In this document: positions 1-8,678 of the stretch, one piece after another | Layout of the letters: every line of letters begins with the position of its first letter | How positions within the stretch are numbered: position 1 is the stretch's first letter | Source of the DNA: Abditibacteriaceae bacterium | GTDB lineage: Bacteria > Armatimonadota > Abditibacteriia > Abditibacteriales > Abditibacteriaceae | Direction: 5' to 3' | NCBI GenBank assembly: GCA_031425655.1 | Contig: JANPJS010000182.1 | Coordinates: 1 to 24,825 of the forward strand | DNA length: 24,825 nucleotides | Translations under genes and position numbers: made by a program | Notes under the pieces: model-generated | What the model was told of the DNA's origin: nothing | Seen by the model: only the letters and a program-made list of their open reading frames with translations | Database searches by the model: none

Positions 1-37
1 CCTCTGGGCAGGATCGGCGAAGCCGCCGTGTTCCATT

Positions 38-997
38 TTAACTATCGCGCCCAAATTTCATCTTGAACATCGCGCCGAAGCGACCGCTTTGGAAATAGCG
101 ATAGTAAAGTTTGACCACGGCGGCAGATGCGCGCACGGCGATGCCCAAAACGGCAAAAGGCGCCAAAAGCAGTCCGGCGCCGCGCGCGTAGTGCTTGAAA
201 TAAAAGCGCAGCATCGAAGCGTGATGGCGACGAATCATGGCGCCTTGCGCCCAGTCGCTCGAAGCGCCGATGCGGTGCGTGATGGTGGCTTGCGGCACGT
301 AAAAACGCGGCCAGCCAGCGCTTTTCAGGCGATAACATAAGTCCACGTCTTCGCAATACATGAAATAATCTTCGTCCCAGCCGCCGCCGATGGCTTGCAA
401 AGCCTCACGCCGCACCAACAGCGCCGAGCCGGAAAGCCAATCCACCGGCTGCTCTTTGTCGTGCTGGAAATCCTGCATCAAATAGCCGCGCGACCACGGA
501 TTATTCGGGAAAAGCCGTCCCAGCAGCGTATTGCGAAACAAACCGGCGCCGAACGAGGGAAAAGCGCGGCATGACGGCTGTAAAGTGCCGTCGGAGTTCA
601 ATAATTTTGGCCCGCAGGCGCCAACTTGTGGGTGCGCGTCCATCCAATCCACGAGAATATCCAGCGCGTTTTCGTGAACAATCGTGTCGGGATTGAGAAA
701 AAGCAAATAGCGTCCGCACGCCGCGCGGGCGCCGACGTTGTTACCAGCGGAAAATCCGATGTTGCGCGCATTTTCGATGAGCTTTGCTTGCGGAAAATCG
801 CGTTGCACCATCGCAACGGAATCGTCGAGCAGCGAATGGTTGTCCACCACGAGGATTTCGATGTCGTGCCGCCAATTCTGCTGCACTATCGAGTCGAGCG
901 CCGCCGCTAAATAATCGCGCGCGTTCCAATTGAGAATAACAACCGACAAATCGAGACAATGCGGCTTGTTTTCGAGATCAGGCGCGATAAGAGGCAT
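38..997 (-). CDS. Glycosyltransferase family 2 (WbbL/rhamnosyltransferase-like)
   Basis: 319 aa ORF with GT2 motifs LSVVILNWN, ILVVDNHS, NIGFSAGNNVG, LFLNPDT, VDWLSGSALLVRR and YFMYCEDVDLC. Confidence 0.9.
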   Translation of the reverse strand: MPLIAPDLENKPHCLDLSVVILNWNARDYLAAALDSIVQQNWRHDIEILVVDNHSLLDDSVAMVQRDFPQAKLIENARNIGFSAGNNVGARAACGRYLLFLNPDTIVHENALDILVDWMDAHPQVGACGPKLLNSDGTLQPSCRAFPSFGAGLFRNTLLGRLFPNNPWSRGYLMQDFQHDKEQPVDWLSGSALLVRREALQAIGGGWDEDYFMYCEDVDLCYRLKSAGWPRFYVPQATITHRIGASSDWAQGAMIRRHHASMLRFYFKHYARGAGLLLAPFAVLGIAVRASAAVVKLYYRYFQSGRFGAMFKMKFGRDS

Positions 998-1060
998 GGA
1001 TAAAGGGCGAGCCGGTGCGACCTTGTTATAACCAAATCGCGCGCGGTTTTAACCACAGTT

Positions 1061-1249
1061 TCAGGCGGCGTCCGTCGTCGCGCCGTCTGCGGGCGCTTCG
1101 TTTTCTTCGAGCAGCATGATGGGAAACTCACGAACCGGGTAAGTTCGTTTGCAACTGAGGCAGCGCAACTGCGCTTCTTCTTCGATTAATTCGCCCCGGC
1201 AGGCGGGGCATACTAAAACGGCTTTCAATTGCGCTTCGATCAAGGGCAT
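1061..1249 (-). CDS. Trm112-like small zinc-binding protein (UPF0434/YcaR type)
   Basis: 62 aa from ATG at 1249: LVCPACRGEL...LRCLSCKRTYPV..FPIML, two CxxC pairs in the typical Trm112 arrangement. The ORF-track start at 1306 is probably too long. Confidence 0.8.
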   Translation of the reverse strand: MPLIEAQLKAVLVCPACRGELIEEEAQLRCLSCKRTYPVREFPIMLLEENEAPADGATTDAA

Positions 1250-1397
1250 GACAGTTTCTCCGTGCAAGTTTAAATCTGGTTTAGCCCGCATCGTCGCCGG
1301 GCACAACTGAAGCGCAACGCGCGATGAACTTTAGCATGGCTCATTCGTCACGAGTGCGCCGCAAAATAGACAATAACTTAGAGTTCGGGGGAATAAT

Positions 1398-4226
1398 ATG
1401 CAAACGTCGCGTGTTTCATGGATGTTGGCGCTGCGTCGGGGGCGAGCCTGCCTCGCGACGGCTGTGCTGGTGTTGCTGACCCAGAGCTTGATGGTTCCGG
1501 CCCAATCGCGTCCGGCTGGCGCGCCGGATCAAAGAACACGCAAAAGCGATGGAGACACCGGGCGCGGTGGAAACACTGACACGCCGGCTCCAACGCCTCG
1601 TCCCACCCGCACGCCGCGTCCGACCCCGACCCCGCGTCCAACGCCGGTTCCTGAACCGACAGCCACGCCGCGCCCGGCTCCGCCCAATCCAACGCCCGGC
1701 AACGGCGATAATCCTCATCCAACTCGCACGCCGCGTCCGACGCCCACGCCTCGCGTCGGGCCGCCTTCAGGCCATTCGGGAAACGGCGGGCAAGCCGCAG
1801 CGCCCGGCGCGCCACAAATCATCGCGGTCACTTCAAACAGCGTGACGCTGATCGCTCCTCCGCTGCCCGCCGGCGCGACTTCGTTCATTCTGCGCGGCGG
1901 ACGTGTCGGAAGCATCGGCAGTGTTTTAGGCGACAGGCTGGCCGGCGGCGCGACGACCGTCGTTGACGGCTTGCGCGCCGGCACCGATTATCATTTTGAA
2001 TACGTAACGCGCGGCTCCGCCGGCAATATCCTCGGCGCCTCGGCGACAACGCGCACCGCGGACGGCGGCAATGTGCCGCCGCGCCCCACGCCAACTCCGC
2101 GCGTCACACCGACTCCCACCGCAACGCCGCGCCCGGTTCCCGGCACGCAGGCGCCGGAGGCTCCGGGACGGCCTCGCTTCAGCGATGTGACGCGCTACAG
2201 CGTGACGGTGCGCTCGCCGTCTTTGCCGCGCGGCGCCACGTCGCTGACGCTGCTGCGCAAACGCAGCGACCAAAACGACGGCGCTTATCGCATTGTCGCC
2301 AATAATATCGGCGGGGGGCAAAGCGTCAACGTGACCGGCCTCGACGACGGAACTTCCTACACTTTTCGTTTCATCGCCATCGGGCCGGGAGGCCGAACCG
2401 ACGGCGACGCGTCCACAATTTCCACGCAGCCGGGCGCGCCCAATTCGGCGGGCCGGCCTTCGTTTTATAACGTGTCGCGCAGCAGCGTGACGGTGCGCTT
2501 GCCCGACTTGCCACGCGGCGCCAACTCGCTGACATTGCAGCAAAAAGTTAGTTGGCGCGACGACTACGCTTACCGCGACATCGCGCGTGGCTTGGACGGC
2601 AACGCTACTGTAACCGTCAATGGCTTGCAGGCGGGCACCAGTTACCATTTTCGCGCTGTCGCCGTCGGGCCGGGCGGCTCCATCATCGGGCGCGCCGGCA
2701 CTGTAACCACAGACGGCGGCTATTCCGGCTATCCGCAACCGTATCCCCAGCCTTACCCACAGCCGTATCCTCAACCTTATCCGGTGCCGTATCCCGTTCC
2801 TTATCCTGACAACAGTTATCCTCAACCGTATCCCAACAGCACTTACCCGGCGCCGTATTATCCGCAGCCAAGCCCGGCTTTTCCCGAATACCAGCCGAAT
2901 TATCCCGGCTTGCCTGACACTTCGCCCCAACCGCTTTCACTGCCGCCGGGCGCGCCTGAAGCACCTCGCTTCGGCGCCGTCACGGGCGGCAACGTGACTG
3001 TTACCGCGCCGGGCTTGCCCGAACGCGCGCTCTCGCTGACTTTGCAAGGCAAAGTCGCTGAAGCTGTCGGCGCCGACTGGCAAGACCTCATCGCGGGACT
3101 GGCGGGCGGCGGCAGTGGACGCATCAGCGATTTGCAGCCGGGCACGAATTATCTGTTCCGCTTCGTGGCGATTGGCGCGGGAGGCAACACGGCGGGCGCA
3201 CAAGCGCGCTTCGATGTGCCGGCGAATGCGATTCCAGGCCTGCCCGCGCCGGGCGGCATCGTGACCTTGCCGCCGGACAACCCGTTGCCCGCGCCGCTGC
3301 CGGATGCAGTGTTTCCGCCTGGCGGTGAAGTGCCGCCGAACGTCGTGCCGATTCCGCAATTCGTGCGCGTCGGCGCGACGGGCGCATTGGCCGCTTTGCC
3401 GGCTTTGCCCGCCGGCTGGAACCTTGTCGGCTTGCAAATTCAAGATTGGCAGCCCGCCGAGCAGCCGTTCCGCGATGCGACTTTGGAGACTTTAGTGCGC
3501 GGCGAAGACGGCTATCAAATTGGGTTAGGCGGTTTGCAGGCGGGCGGCACTTACAGCGTGCGCTGGATGGCCGATGGCCCCGCAGGTCGAGTCGCCGGCC
3601 CCGCCGCGACTCTGACTGCCGAGGCCGCCGGAGCCGCGCCGGGCCTGCCCGAAGCGCCGGTCGTGGACGAAATCGTGCCCAACGGCGCGACTTTAACCGC
3701 GCGCCTGACCGCGCCGGCTTTGCCGCCGGGAGCGCGTTATTTGCGTTTGCAAATGCGCCGCGCCGAGGAAGTCGCCGCCGCCTATCGTGATTGGGGCGAC
3801 TTCGAGGCAGGCGCGCCTGTTGAGGTCTGGGGATTGGCGCCGGACTCGAATTCGGTGCTGCGCTGGGTAGCGATAGGCGATCCCGGCGTCGAGAGCGCCG
3901 GCAATGAAGTCGGTCTTCAGCCGAATGCGACCTTGACCAAAACTGTGCCGGCTCCGGCGATTATGGCCGTCGGAACCGACGAAATCTGGATTCAGCCGCG
4001 CGAGGTGCCCGCTGGAGCCATTGCACTGAGTTTGCAAATTAAACCGGCGAACTCGGCCAACGCGATCTGGGTGCCGGCTTCGCTCCTGCCCGGCGCGGAA
4101 AACCAGCCGCTGCGCGCCGGTTTCCTGTGGCCGAACAAAGCGTATCTGCTGCGCTGGGTCGCTCAGACTAACGCCGGCCTTATCGAAGGCACGCCGATTA
4201 CCATTACCACGCGTGTCGCGCCGTGA
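1398..4226 (+). CDS. Secreted/surface protein with about 7 fibronectin type III-like domains and low-complexity linkers
   Basis: 942 aa; basic then hydrophobic N-terminus (signal peptide-like); repeated module P..P.F..VT..SVTV..P.LP.GA.SLTL...V.GL..GT.Y.FRFVAIGPGG, with GLxxGTxY typical of FN3; PTPRPT linkers; YPQP tract. Confidence 0.8.
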   Translation: MQTSRVSWMLALRRGRACLATAVLVLLTQSLMVPAQSRPAGAPDQRTRKSDGDTGRGGNTDTPAPTPRPTRTPRPTPTPRPTPVPEPTATPRPAPPNPTPGNGDNPHPTRTPRPTPTPRVGPPSGHSGNGGQAAAPGAPQIIAVTSNSVTLIAPPLPAGATSFILRGGRVGSIGSVLGDRLAGGATTVVDGLRAGTDYHFEYVTRGSAGNILGASATTRTADGGNVPPRPTPTPRVTPTPTATPRPVPGTQAPEAPGRPRFSDVTRYSVTVRSPSLPRGATSLTLLRKRSDQNDGAYRIVANNIGGGQSVNVTGLDDGTSYTFRFIAIGPGGRTDGDASTISTQPGAPNSAGRPSFYNVSRSSVTVRLPDLPRGANSLTLQQKVSWRDDYAYRDIARGLDGNATVTVNGLQAGTSYHFRAVAVGPGGSIIGRAGTVTTDGGYSGYPQPYPQPYPQPYPQPYPVPYPVPYPDNSYPQPYPNSTYPAPYYPQPSPAFPEYQPNYPGLPDTSPQPLSLPPGAPEAPRFGAVTGGNVTVTAPGLPERALSLTLQGKVAEAVGADWQDLIAGLAGGGSGRISDLQPGTNYLFRFVAIGAGGNTAGAQARFDVPANAIPGLPAPGGIVTLPPDNPLPAPLPDAVFPPGGEVPPNVVPIPQFVRVGATGALAALPALPAGWNLVGLQIQDWQPAEQPFRDATLETLVRGEDGYQIGLGGLQAGGTYSVRWMADGPAGRVAGPAATLTAEAAGAAPGLPEAPVVDEIVPNGATLTARLTAPALPPGARYLRLQMRRAEEVAAAYRDWGDFEAGAPVEVWGLAPDSNSVLRWVAIGDPGVESAGNEVGLQPNATLTKTVPAPAIMAVGTDEIWIQPREVPAGAIALSLQIKPANSANAIWVPASLLPGAENQPLRAGFLWPNKAYLLRWVAQTNAGLIEGTPITITTRVAP
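2730..2906 (+). repeat. In-frame (YPQP/YPVP)n coding repeat
   Basis: 12-nt units tatccgcaaccg tatccccagcct tacccacagccg tatcctcaacct tatccggtgccg tatcccgttcct, followed by degenerate YP units. Confidence 0.9.
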
Positions 4227-4314
4227 AGTTGTTGATAACAACGAGCGGGACTAACGCCCTCGTCCAAACGGTCGGTTACGATGAGAGTGCTGTGGGAAGG
4301 TTCTATTGCTTGCC

Positions 4315-4680
4315 TTAAGACAAAATGCACTCGATGTAGCTTAATACTTCTGCCGGGAAAAAAGGCTTTGTTAAATAAAGATCCGTGCCGCTTTTCCAGC
4401 CCCTAGACATTTCTTCAGAGCTGTCCTGAGCTGTCAGCATGACCACAGGAATATCAGCCGTAGCGACATTGCTCTTCAACTGTTGCAGTGCGTCCAAGCC
4501 ACTCATCACGGGCATGACTGTATCCATCACGATTAGGTCTGGCCTATCCTTGGCAGCGCATTCCAAAGCCTGTTGCCCGTTCTCGGCTGTGGTAACACGG
4601 TAATTTGCTTGTTCTAAAGCAAGGCGCAACAGGCGCACAGTATTCGGTTCGTCATCTACGATTAAAATGTTCTTGGACAT
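4315..4680 (-). CDS. Single-domain response regulator (REC)
   Basis: 121 aa; ILIVDDE, PDLIVMD (phosphoacceptor Asp), VVMLTA, YLTKPF. Confidence 0.92.
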   Translation of the reverse strand: MSKNILIVDDEPNTVRLLRLALEQANYRVTTAENGQQALECAAKDRPDLIVMDTVMPVMSGLDALQQLKSNVATADIPVVMLTAQDSSEEMSRGWKSGTDLYLTKPFFPAEVLSYIECILS

Positions 4681-4749
4681 GAGACCTCAATTTAACGAGA
4701 AAGAATTATCAAATCTTACGGGATAATGCGTTGGCAGCAAGAGCCAGTC

Positions 4750-5823
4750 CTAAAATACGCGGTCCTTGGTTGGTTGCTCTGCCCATTGCGCTAATTCTTC
4801 ATGGGGTAAGCGGAGGAAACAATCTGCTATGTCAGGATCGAAGTGTTTCCCTTTCTGCTGGCTGATCTCAATCAAAGCCTCGTTAACAGACCACGCTGCT
4901 TTGTAAGGACGGTTATGAGTAAGAGCATCGAAGACATCCACAATGGCAAGAATACGTCCCTCTATATCAATATCTGATCCCTTGATGCCTTGAGGATAAC
5001 CCCCGCCATCCCACCGCTCATGGTGTGTTAAAGCAATACGCTCTGCCATCCGGATAATCTCTGAGTGCCCTCCTGAGAGTAGATCGCCCCCAATCGAGGC
5101 GTGCCGTTGCATAATCCTGCGCTCTACATCGGTGAATTTGCCCGGTTTGAGCAGAATAGAATCAGGAATCCCAATCTTGCCCACATCGTGCAACGGTGCA
5201 GCATAGTGGAGGATCTGAACTTGATGGTCGGGCCAGCCCATGTCCTGCGCCAGCAGTGAACAAAAGAGACCTACACGCTGTGTGTGTCGGCCAGTGTCGT
5301 CGTCCCGATGCTCAGCGGCTCGTGCCAAGCGCATAATTGTTTCTAATTGGGCCTCTTTGAGTTCTAATTGATTTTTCTCTAACTCTTGAGTTCGCTTTAG
5401 CACCTCATCCTTCAAATGAAGGGTGCGGAAACGAACCCGTAGCATATTTGTCACGCGCACACACACTTCCTCCGCGACGAAAGGCTTGGTCAAAAAGTCT
5501 GATGCGCCATTAGTCAAAGCTTGGTGCCGTGCCTCATAACTATGTTCCGCAGTAAGCATGAGAACAGGAAGAAAATCCGTGTCTTCCATCAAAGGCTTTA
5601 TCATGTTTAATAACTCGAAGCCATTAATGTGAGGCATATTTAGGTCCATGATAACCAGATCGGGAGCATACTCAATGAAAAGACTGACAAAACCACGAGG
5701 GTCGGTGACACCTTTTAGGTGTTTGTATCCGTTGAAGCACAGCGTGTCTTTCAAGACTTCGACGTTGCTATTATCGTCGTCTACGATCAATATCTTGGCG
5801 TGGAAAAAATTGTCTAATAACAT
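4750..5823 (-). CDS. Response regulator with HD-GYP domain (RpfG-like cyclic di-GMP phosphodiesterase)
   Basis: REC domain (ILIVDDD, PDLVIMDLNMP, FLTKPF) followed by RDDDTGRHTQRV, LHDVGKIGIPD, HHERWDGGGYP and DVFDALTHNRPYK. ATG at 5823 is preferred over the ORF-track start at 5880. Confidence 0.92.
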   Translation of the reverse strand: MLLDNFFHAKILIVDDDNSNVEVLKDTLCFNGYKHLKGVTDPRGFVSLFIEYAPDLVIMDLNMPHINGFELLNMIKPLMEDTDFLPVLMLTAEHSYEARHQALTNGASDFLTKPFVAEEVCVRVTNMLRVRFRTLHLKDEVLKRTQELEKNQLELKEAQLETIMRLARAAEHRDDDTGRHTQRVGLFCSLLAQDMGWPDHQVQILHYAAPLHDVGKIGIPDSILLKPGKFTDVERRIMQRHASIGGDLLSGGHSEIIRMAERIALTHHERWDGGGYPQGIKGSDIDIEGRILAIVDVFDALTHNRPYKAAWSVNEALIEISQQKGKHFDPDIADCFLRLPHEELAQWAEQPTKDRVF

Positions 5824-6025
5824 ATAAAGTTCATCTTCGTTTAGCTTCCAGATGCCACGCGACTTGTCCAGATTGAACAATCGCTGGCTGTTACAACTAA
5901 CGACAATCGGATCATATGCCAGCCCTGACAGTCTAAATTAGCAATTCCCTCGCCTCCATAAATAACCTTCATAAACGGTCGGTTTTATCCCGGCATGATT
6001 AGTAGCATATGCCCCGCTCTTTTGT

Positions 6026-7291
6026 TCAAGGCAAAAGTTGCAGGCACATGAGCTGTTTGTCGTCGCGCAGAAACAGCTTGCCGTCGGAGTAGGCGGGGTT
6101 GCACCAGGTGTCGCCGGAGACTTGCGTTTGCGCGATGGTGCGGCATTCTTTCGGATCGGCGGCGATCAGCAAAAGCTGGCCGCCGTCGGTCAGCACTAAA
6201 ATGGTGTCGCGCATCGTGAGGAATCCGGCGTAGCCTCTCCTGATTGCGGAACCGAAAAACGATTCTTTCATCCACGCCGTTTTGCCGCTTTTGGCGTCCA
6301 CGCAGAACATCATTTTGGCCGGGCCGAGGCCGTAAAAATAGCCTTTGACGGCCACCGGGCTGCAAAAATTGACTGCGACTTCTTTGTTGGTCCAAGCGCG
6401 CTCGGCGCTCCACGTTTCGCCTTGTTTGGTCACGCGCACGCCGACGAGGCCGGCTGTGTGCGACGAAACCAAAACCGTGTCATCTACCACGACCGGCGTC
6501 ATGGCGTGGCGGCCCCACTGCGTTTCGAGCGGCACGCGCCACAGCAATTTGCCGTCGCTGCCAAGCCCGATCACCGATTGCGCTGTAAATATCACGAATT
6601 GACGCACGCCGCCGATAGTCGCCGCAACCGGGGCCGCGTAGCCCGCGACATCGCTTTGCGATTTCCAGACGACTTTCCCGGTGAGCTTATCGAAACACAC
6701 CACGCTGGCTGCCGGCCCGCTCGCGGCGACGATAAGATGCTCGCCTTCCACGAGCGGCGCGCCGGTAAAACCGTGCCGGTTGGCGCCGATGGACGCGCCG
6801 CGCTCGCCCGTAAAGGCCGCGCCGAAATCCTTCACGTAATTGGCGCGCCAGATTTGCTTGCCGTCGGCCACGCTCAGGCATTGCAATTCGCCTTTATACG
6901 ATTGAATGTAAACGCGCTCGCCGTCTACGGTTGGCGTGCAGCGAGGGCCGGGCGCCGACTGCGAATCGCGGAAAACGTCGTCGTAGGCCACGCTCCATAA
7001 TGCTTTGCCGGACGCGGCGTCCAGCGCGTGCAGCGTTTCTTTGCCGCCCTGATTATCGGCGTGAAACACCTTGCCGCCGCTCACGGTCGGCGAGGAAAGT
7101 CCATCAGTGACTTTGATTTGCCACACGATTTTCGGTTCGGTGGGCAAGGTTTTGGGCACTGCGGCGCCGTTTGGCACTTGTCCGGTGTTGTCCGGCCCGC
7201 GCCAGCGCGGCCAATCCGCCGCGAGGCATCCGAATCCCGTCAATAAAAGCGAAGTTAGCAGCAGGCTTTTTTGCAATGTGTTGCTTATCAT
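6026..7291 (-). CDS. Secreted PQQ-binding-like beta-propeller repeat protein (BamB-like repeats)
   Basis: 421 aa; signal peptide followed by ADWPRWRGP; repeated propeller motifs ALDAASGKALW, CLSVADGKQIW, CFDKLTGKVVW, CVDAKSGKTAW. Confidence 0.88.
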   Translation of the reverse strand: MISNTLQKSLLLTSLLLTGFGCLAADWPRWRGPDNTGQVPNGAAVPKTLPTEPKIVWQIKVTDGLSSPTVSGGKVFHADNQGGKETLHALDAASGKALWSVAYDDVFRDSQSAPGPRCTPTVDGERVYIQSYKGELQCLSVADGKQIWRANYVKDFGAAFTGERGASIGANRHGFTGAPLVEGEHLIVAASGPAASVVCFDKLTGKVVWKSQSDVAGYAAPVAATIGGVRQFVIFTAQSVIGLGSDGKLLWRVPLETQWGRHAMTPVVVDDTVLVSSHTAGLVGVRVTKQGETWSAERAWTNKEVAVNFCSPVAVKGYFYGLGPAKMMFCVDAKSGKTAWMKESFFGSAIRRGYAGFLTMRDTILVLTDGGQLLLIAADPKECRTIAQTQVSGDTWCNPAYSDGKLFLRDDKQLMCLQLLP

Positions 7292-7349
7292 AGTGAATTT
7301 GTTGGATGCCCCGGCGCCGCGCGTGTGGCACGACGCTTATACTTCCCGC

Positions 7350-8678
7350 GTGTCCAACGCTGCCGATTCTTTGCTCGAAAAAGCCCGCAACGTCGCTCTC
7401 GCGGCGCGCGAACGGGGCGGTCGCGCGCTTCTGGTCGGCGGCTTCGTGCGCGACGAATTGCTGGGTTTGCATCCTAAAGACGCCGATTCGGAAGTTTATG
7501 GAATCGAAGCGCCGGTTCTGCGTGAATTATTAAAGCGTTTTGGGCGCGTCGAGTGCGTCGGCGAGAGTTTTCGCGTTTATAAATTAGTTTGGTGGGCGCA
7601 TAAAGAGCGTTTTGAACTCGATGTTTCGCTTCCGCGCCGCGACAAAAAAGTCGGCTCCGGCCATCGCGGTTTTGAGGTCGAAGGTGACCCGTTCGCAAGT
7701 CTCGAAGACGCCGCGCGGCGCCGTGATTTTACGGTCAACGCGATTCTCAAAGACCCGCTGACGGGTGAAATTCTCGATCCGTTCGGCGGACGCGCTGATT
7801 TAGAGCAGCGTGTTTTGCGCGTTGTGGATGCCGCGCATTTTGCCGAAGATTCGCTGCGTGTTTTGCGCGCTGTGCAGTTCGCGGCGCGTTTTCAAATGCA
7901 AATTGCGCCGCAAAGCGTGGAAATCTGCCGCGCGATTGATTTGTCTGATTTGCCGCGCGAACGCATTTGGGGCGAATGGGAAAAACTGTTGCTCAAAGCG
8001 CCGCGTCCGTCGCTGGGCCTTTTAGCCGCGCGCGAATTAGGCGTTTTGGAAAAGCTGTTTCCTTACCTTGAAACGGCGCTGGCGCGGCGCGAATCCGAAA
8101 TGTGTGCCACATTCGATAACGCTGCGCGCGAAAAAGAAAGCCTGACTTATCCGCAGCAAGTGACGCTGATGTTAGCCGCGCTCGGCGTGTTTTTGGGTGG
8201 GCGGCGCAGTGAAAAACTGCTCGACGATTTGAACCTTCACAAACTGGACGGCTACGACGTGCGCCATGCCGTGCGCCAATTAGTTAACGACCGCAAGCGG
8301 GTGAGCGACTGGTTTCGCCAAAGCGACGTGCCCGACCGCGAATTTCGTTACCTGTCGGCGCGTCTGTTGCCCGGATTGCCGCGTTTACTGGCGCACTTGG
8401 CCAAAGCGCGCGGCGATCACGAAGCAGCGGCGTGGTTTACGGCAAGAATGGAGGCGCTGGGCATCGCCGACGCACCGCCCGCGCCGCTGTTTCTGGGCCG
8501 TCACTTGCTGGATATGGGCCTCAATCCCGGCCCGCGAATCGGCGAACTCACGCGCCAAATTTACTTTTTGCAACTGCGCGGCGACATCACAAATTTTGAA
8601 GAAGCGCAAACTGCCGCGCGCGATTTACTTCATACGGAATGGATAACTCAAAACTTAAAACTCAAAACTCAAAACTGA
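7350..8678 (+). CDS. cca: tRNA nucleotidyltransferase (class II CCA-adding enzyme / poly(A) polymerase family)
   Basis: LVGGFVRDELLG..PKDAD (DxD), RRDFTVNA, DPFGGRADL, FAEDSLRVLR, ERIWGEWEK. Start tentatively placed at GTG 7350 because the 7071 start overlaps the divergent propeller gene. Confidence 0.88.
   Translation: MSNAADSLLEKARNVALAARERGGRALLVGGFVRDELLGLHPKDADSEVYGIEAPVLRELLKRFGRVECVGESFRVYKLVWWAHKERFELDVSLPRRDKKVGSGHRGFEVEGDPFASLEDAARRRDFTVNAILKDPLTGEILDPFGGRADLEQRVLRVVDAAHFAEDSLRVLRAVQFAARFQMQIAPQSVEICRAIDLSDLPRERIWGEWEKLLLKAPRPSLGLLAARELGVLEKLFPYLETALARRESEMCATFDNAAREKESLTYPQQVTLMLAALGVFLGGRRSEKLLDDLNLHKLDGYDVRHAVRQLVNDRKRVSDWFRQSDVPDREFRYLSARLLPGLPRLLAHLAKARGDHEAAAWFTARMEALGIADAPPAPLFLGRHLLDMGLNPGPRIGELTRQIYFLQLRGDITNFEEAQTAARDLLHTEWITQNLKLKTQN

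Larger units (their letters stand above)
4266..5984. mobile_element. Small lower-GC inserted segment bounded by the 12-bp direct repeat AAACGGTCGGTT
   Basis: Exact 12-mer at 4266-4277 and 5973-5984; interior is visibly more AT-rich than the flanking genes (5581-5640 counts 21/60 G+C); no mobility gene inside. Confidence 0.6.

Noticed and set aside
1926..2930. 334-aa minus-strand ORF with RIRLRIR repeats
   Set aside because: It is the antisense shadow of the YPQP/FN3 gene. Other long overlapping ORFs in the track were rejected for the same reason in this GC-rich DNA.
7071..7349. 93-aa N-terminal extension of the CCA enzyme
   Set aside because: Mostly antisense to the well-supported propeller gene; family similarity begins only near 7350.
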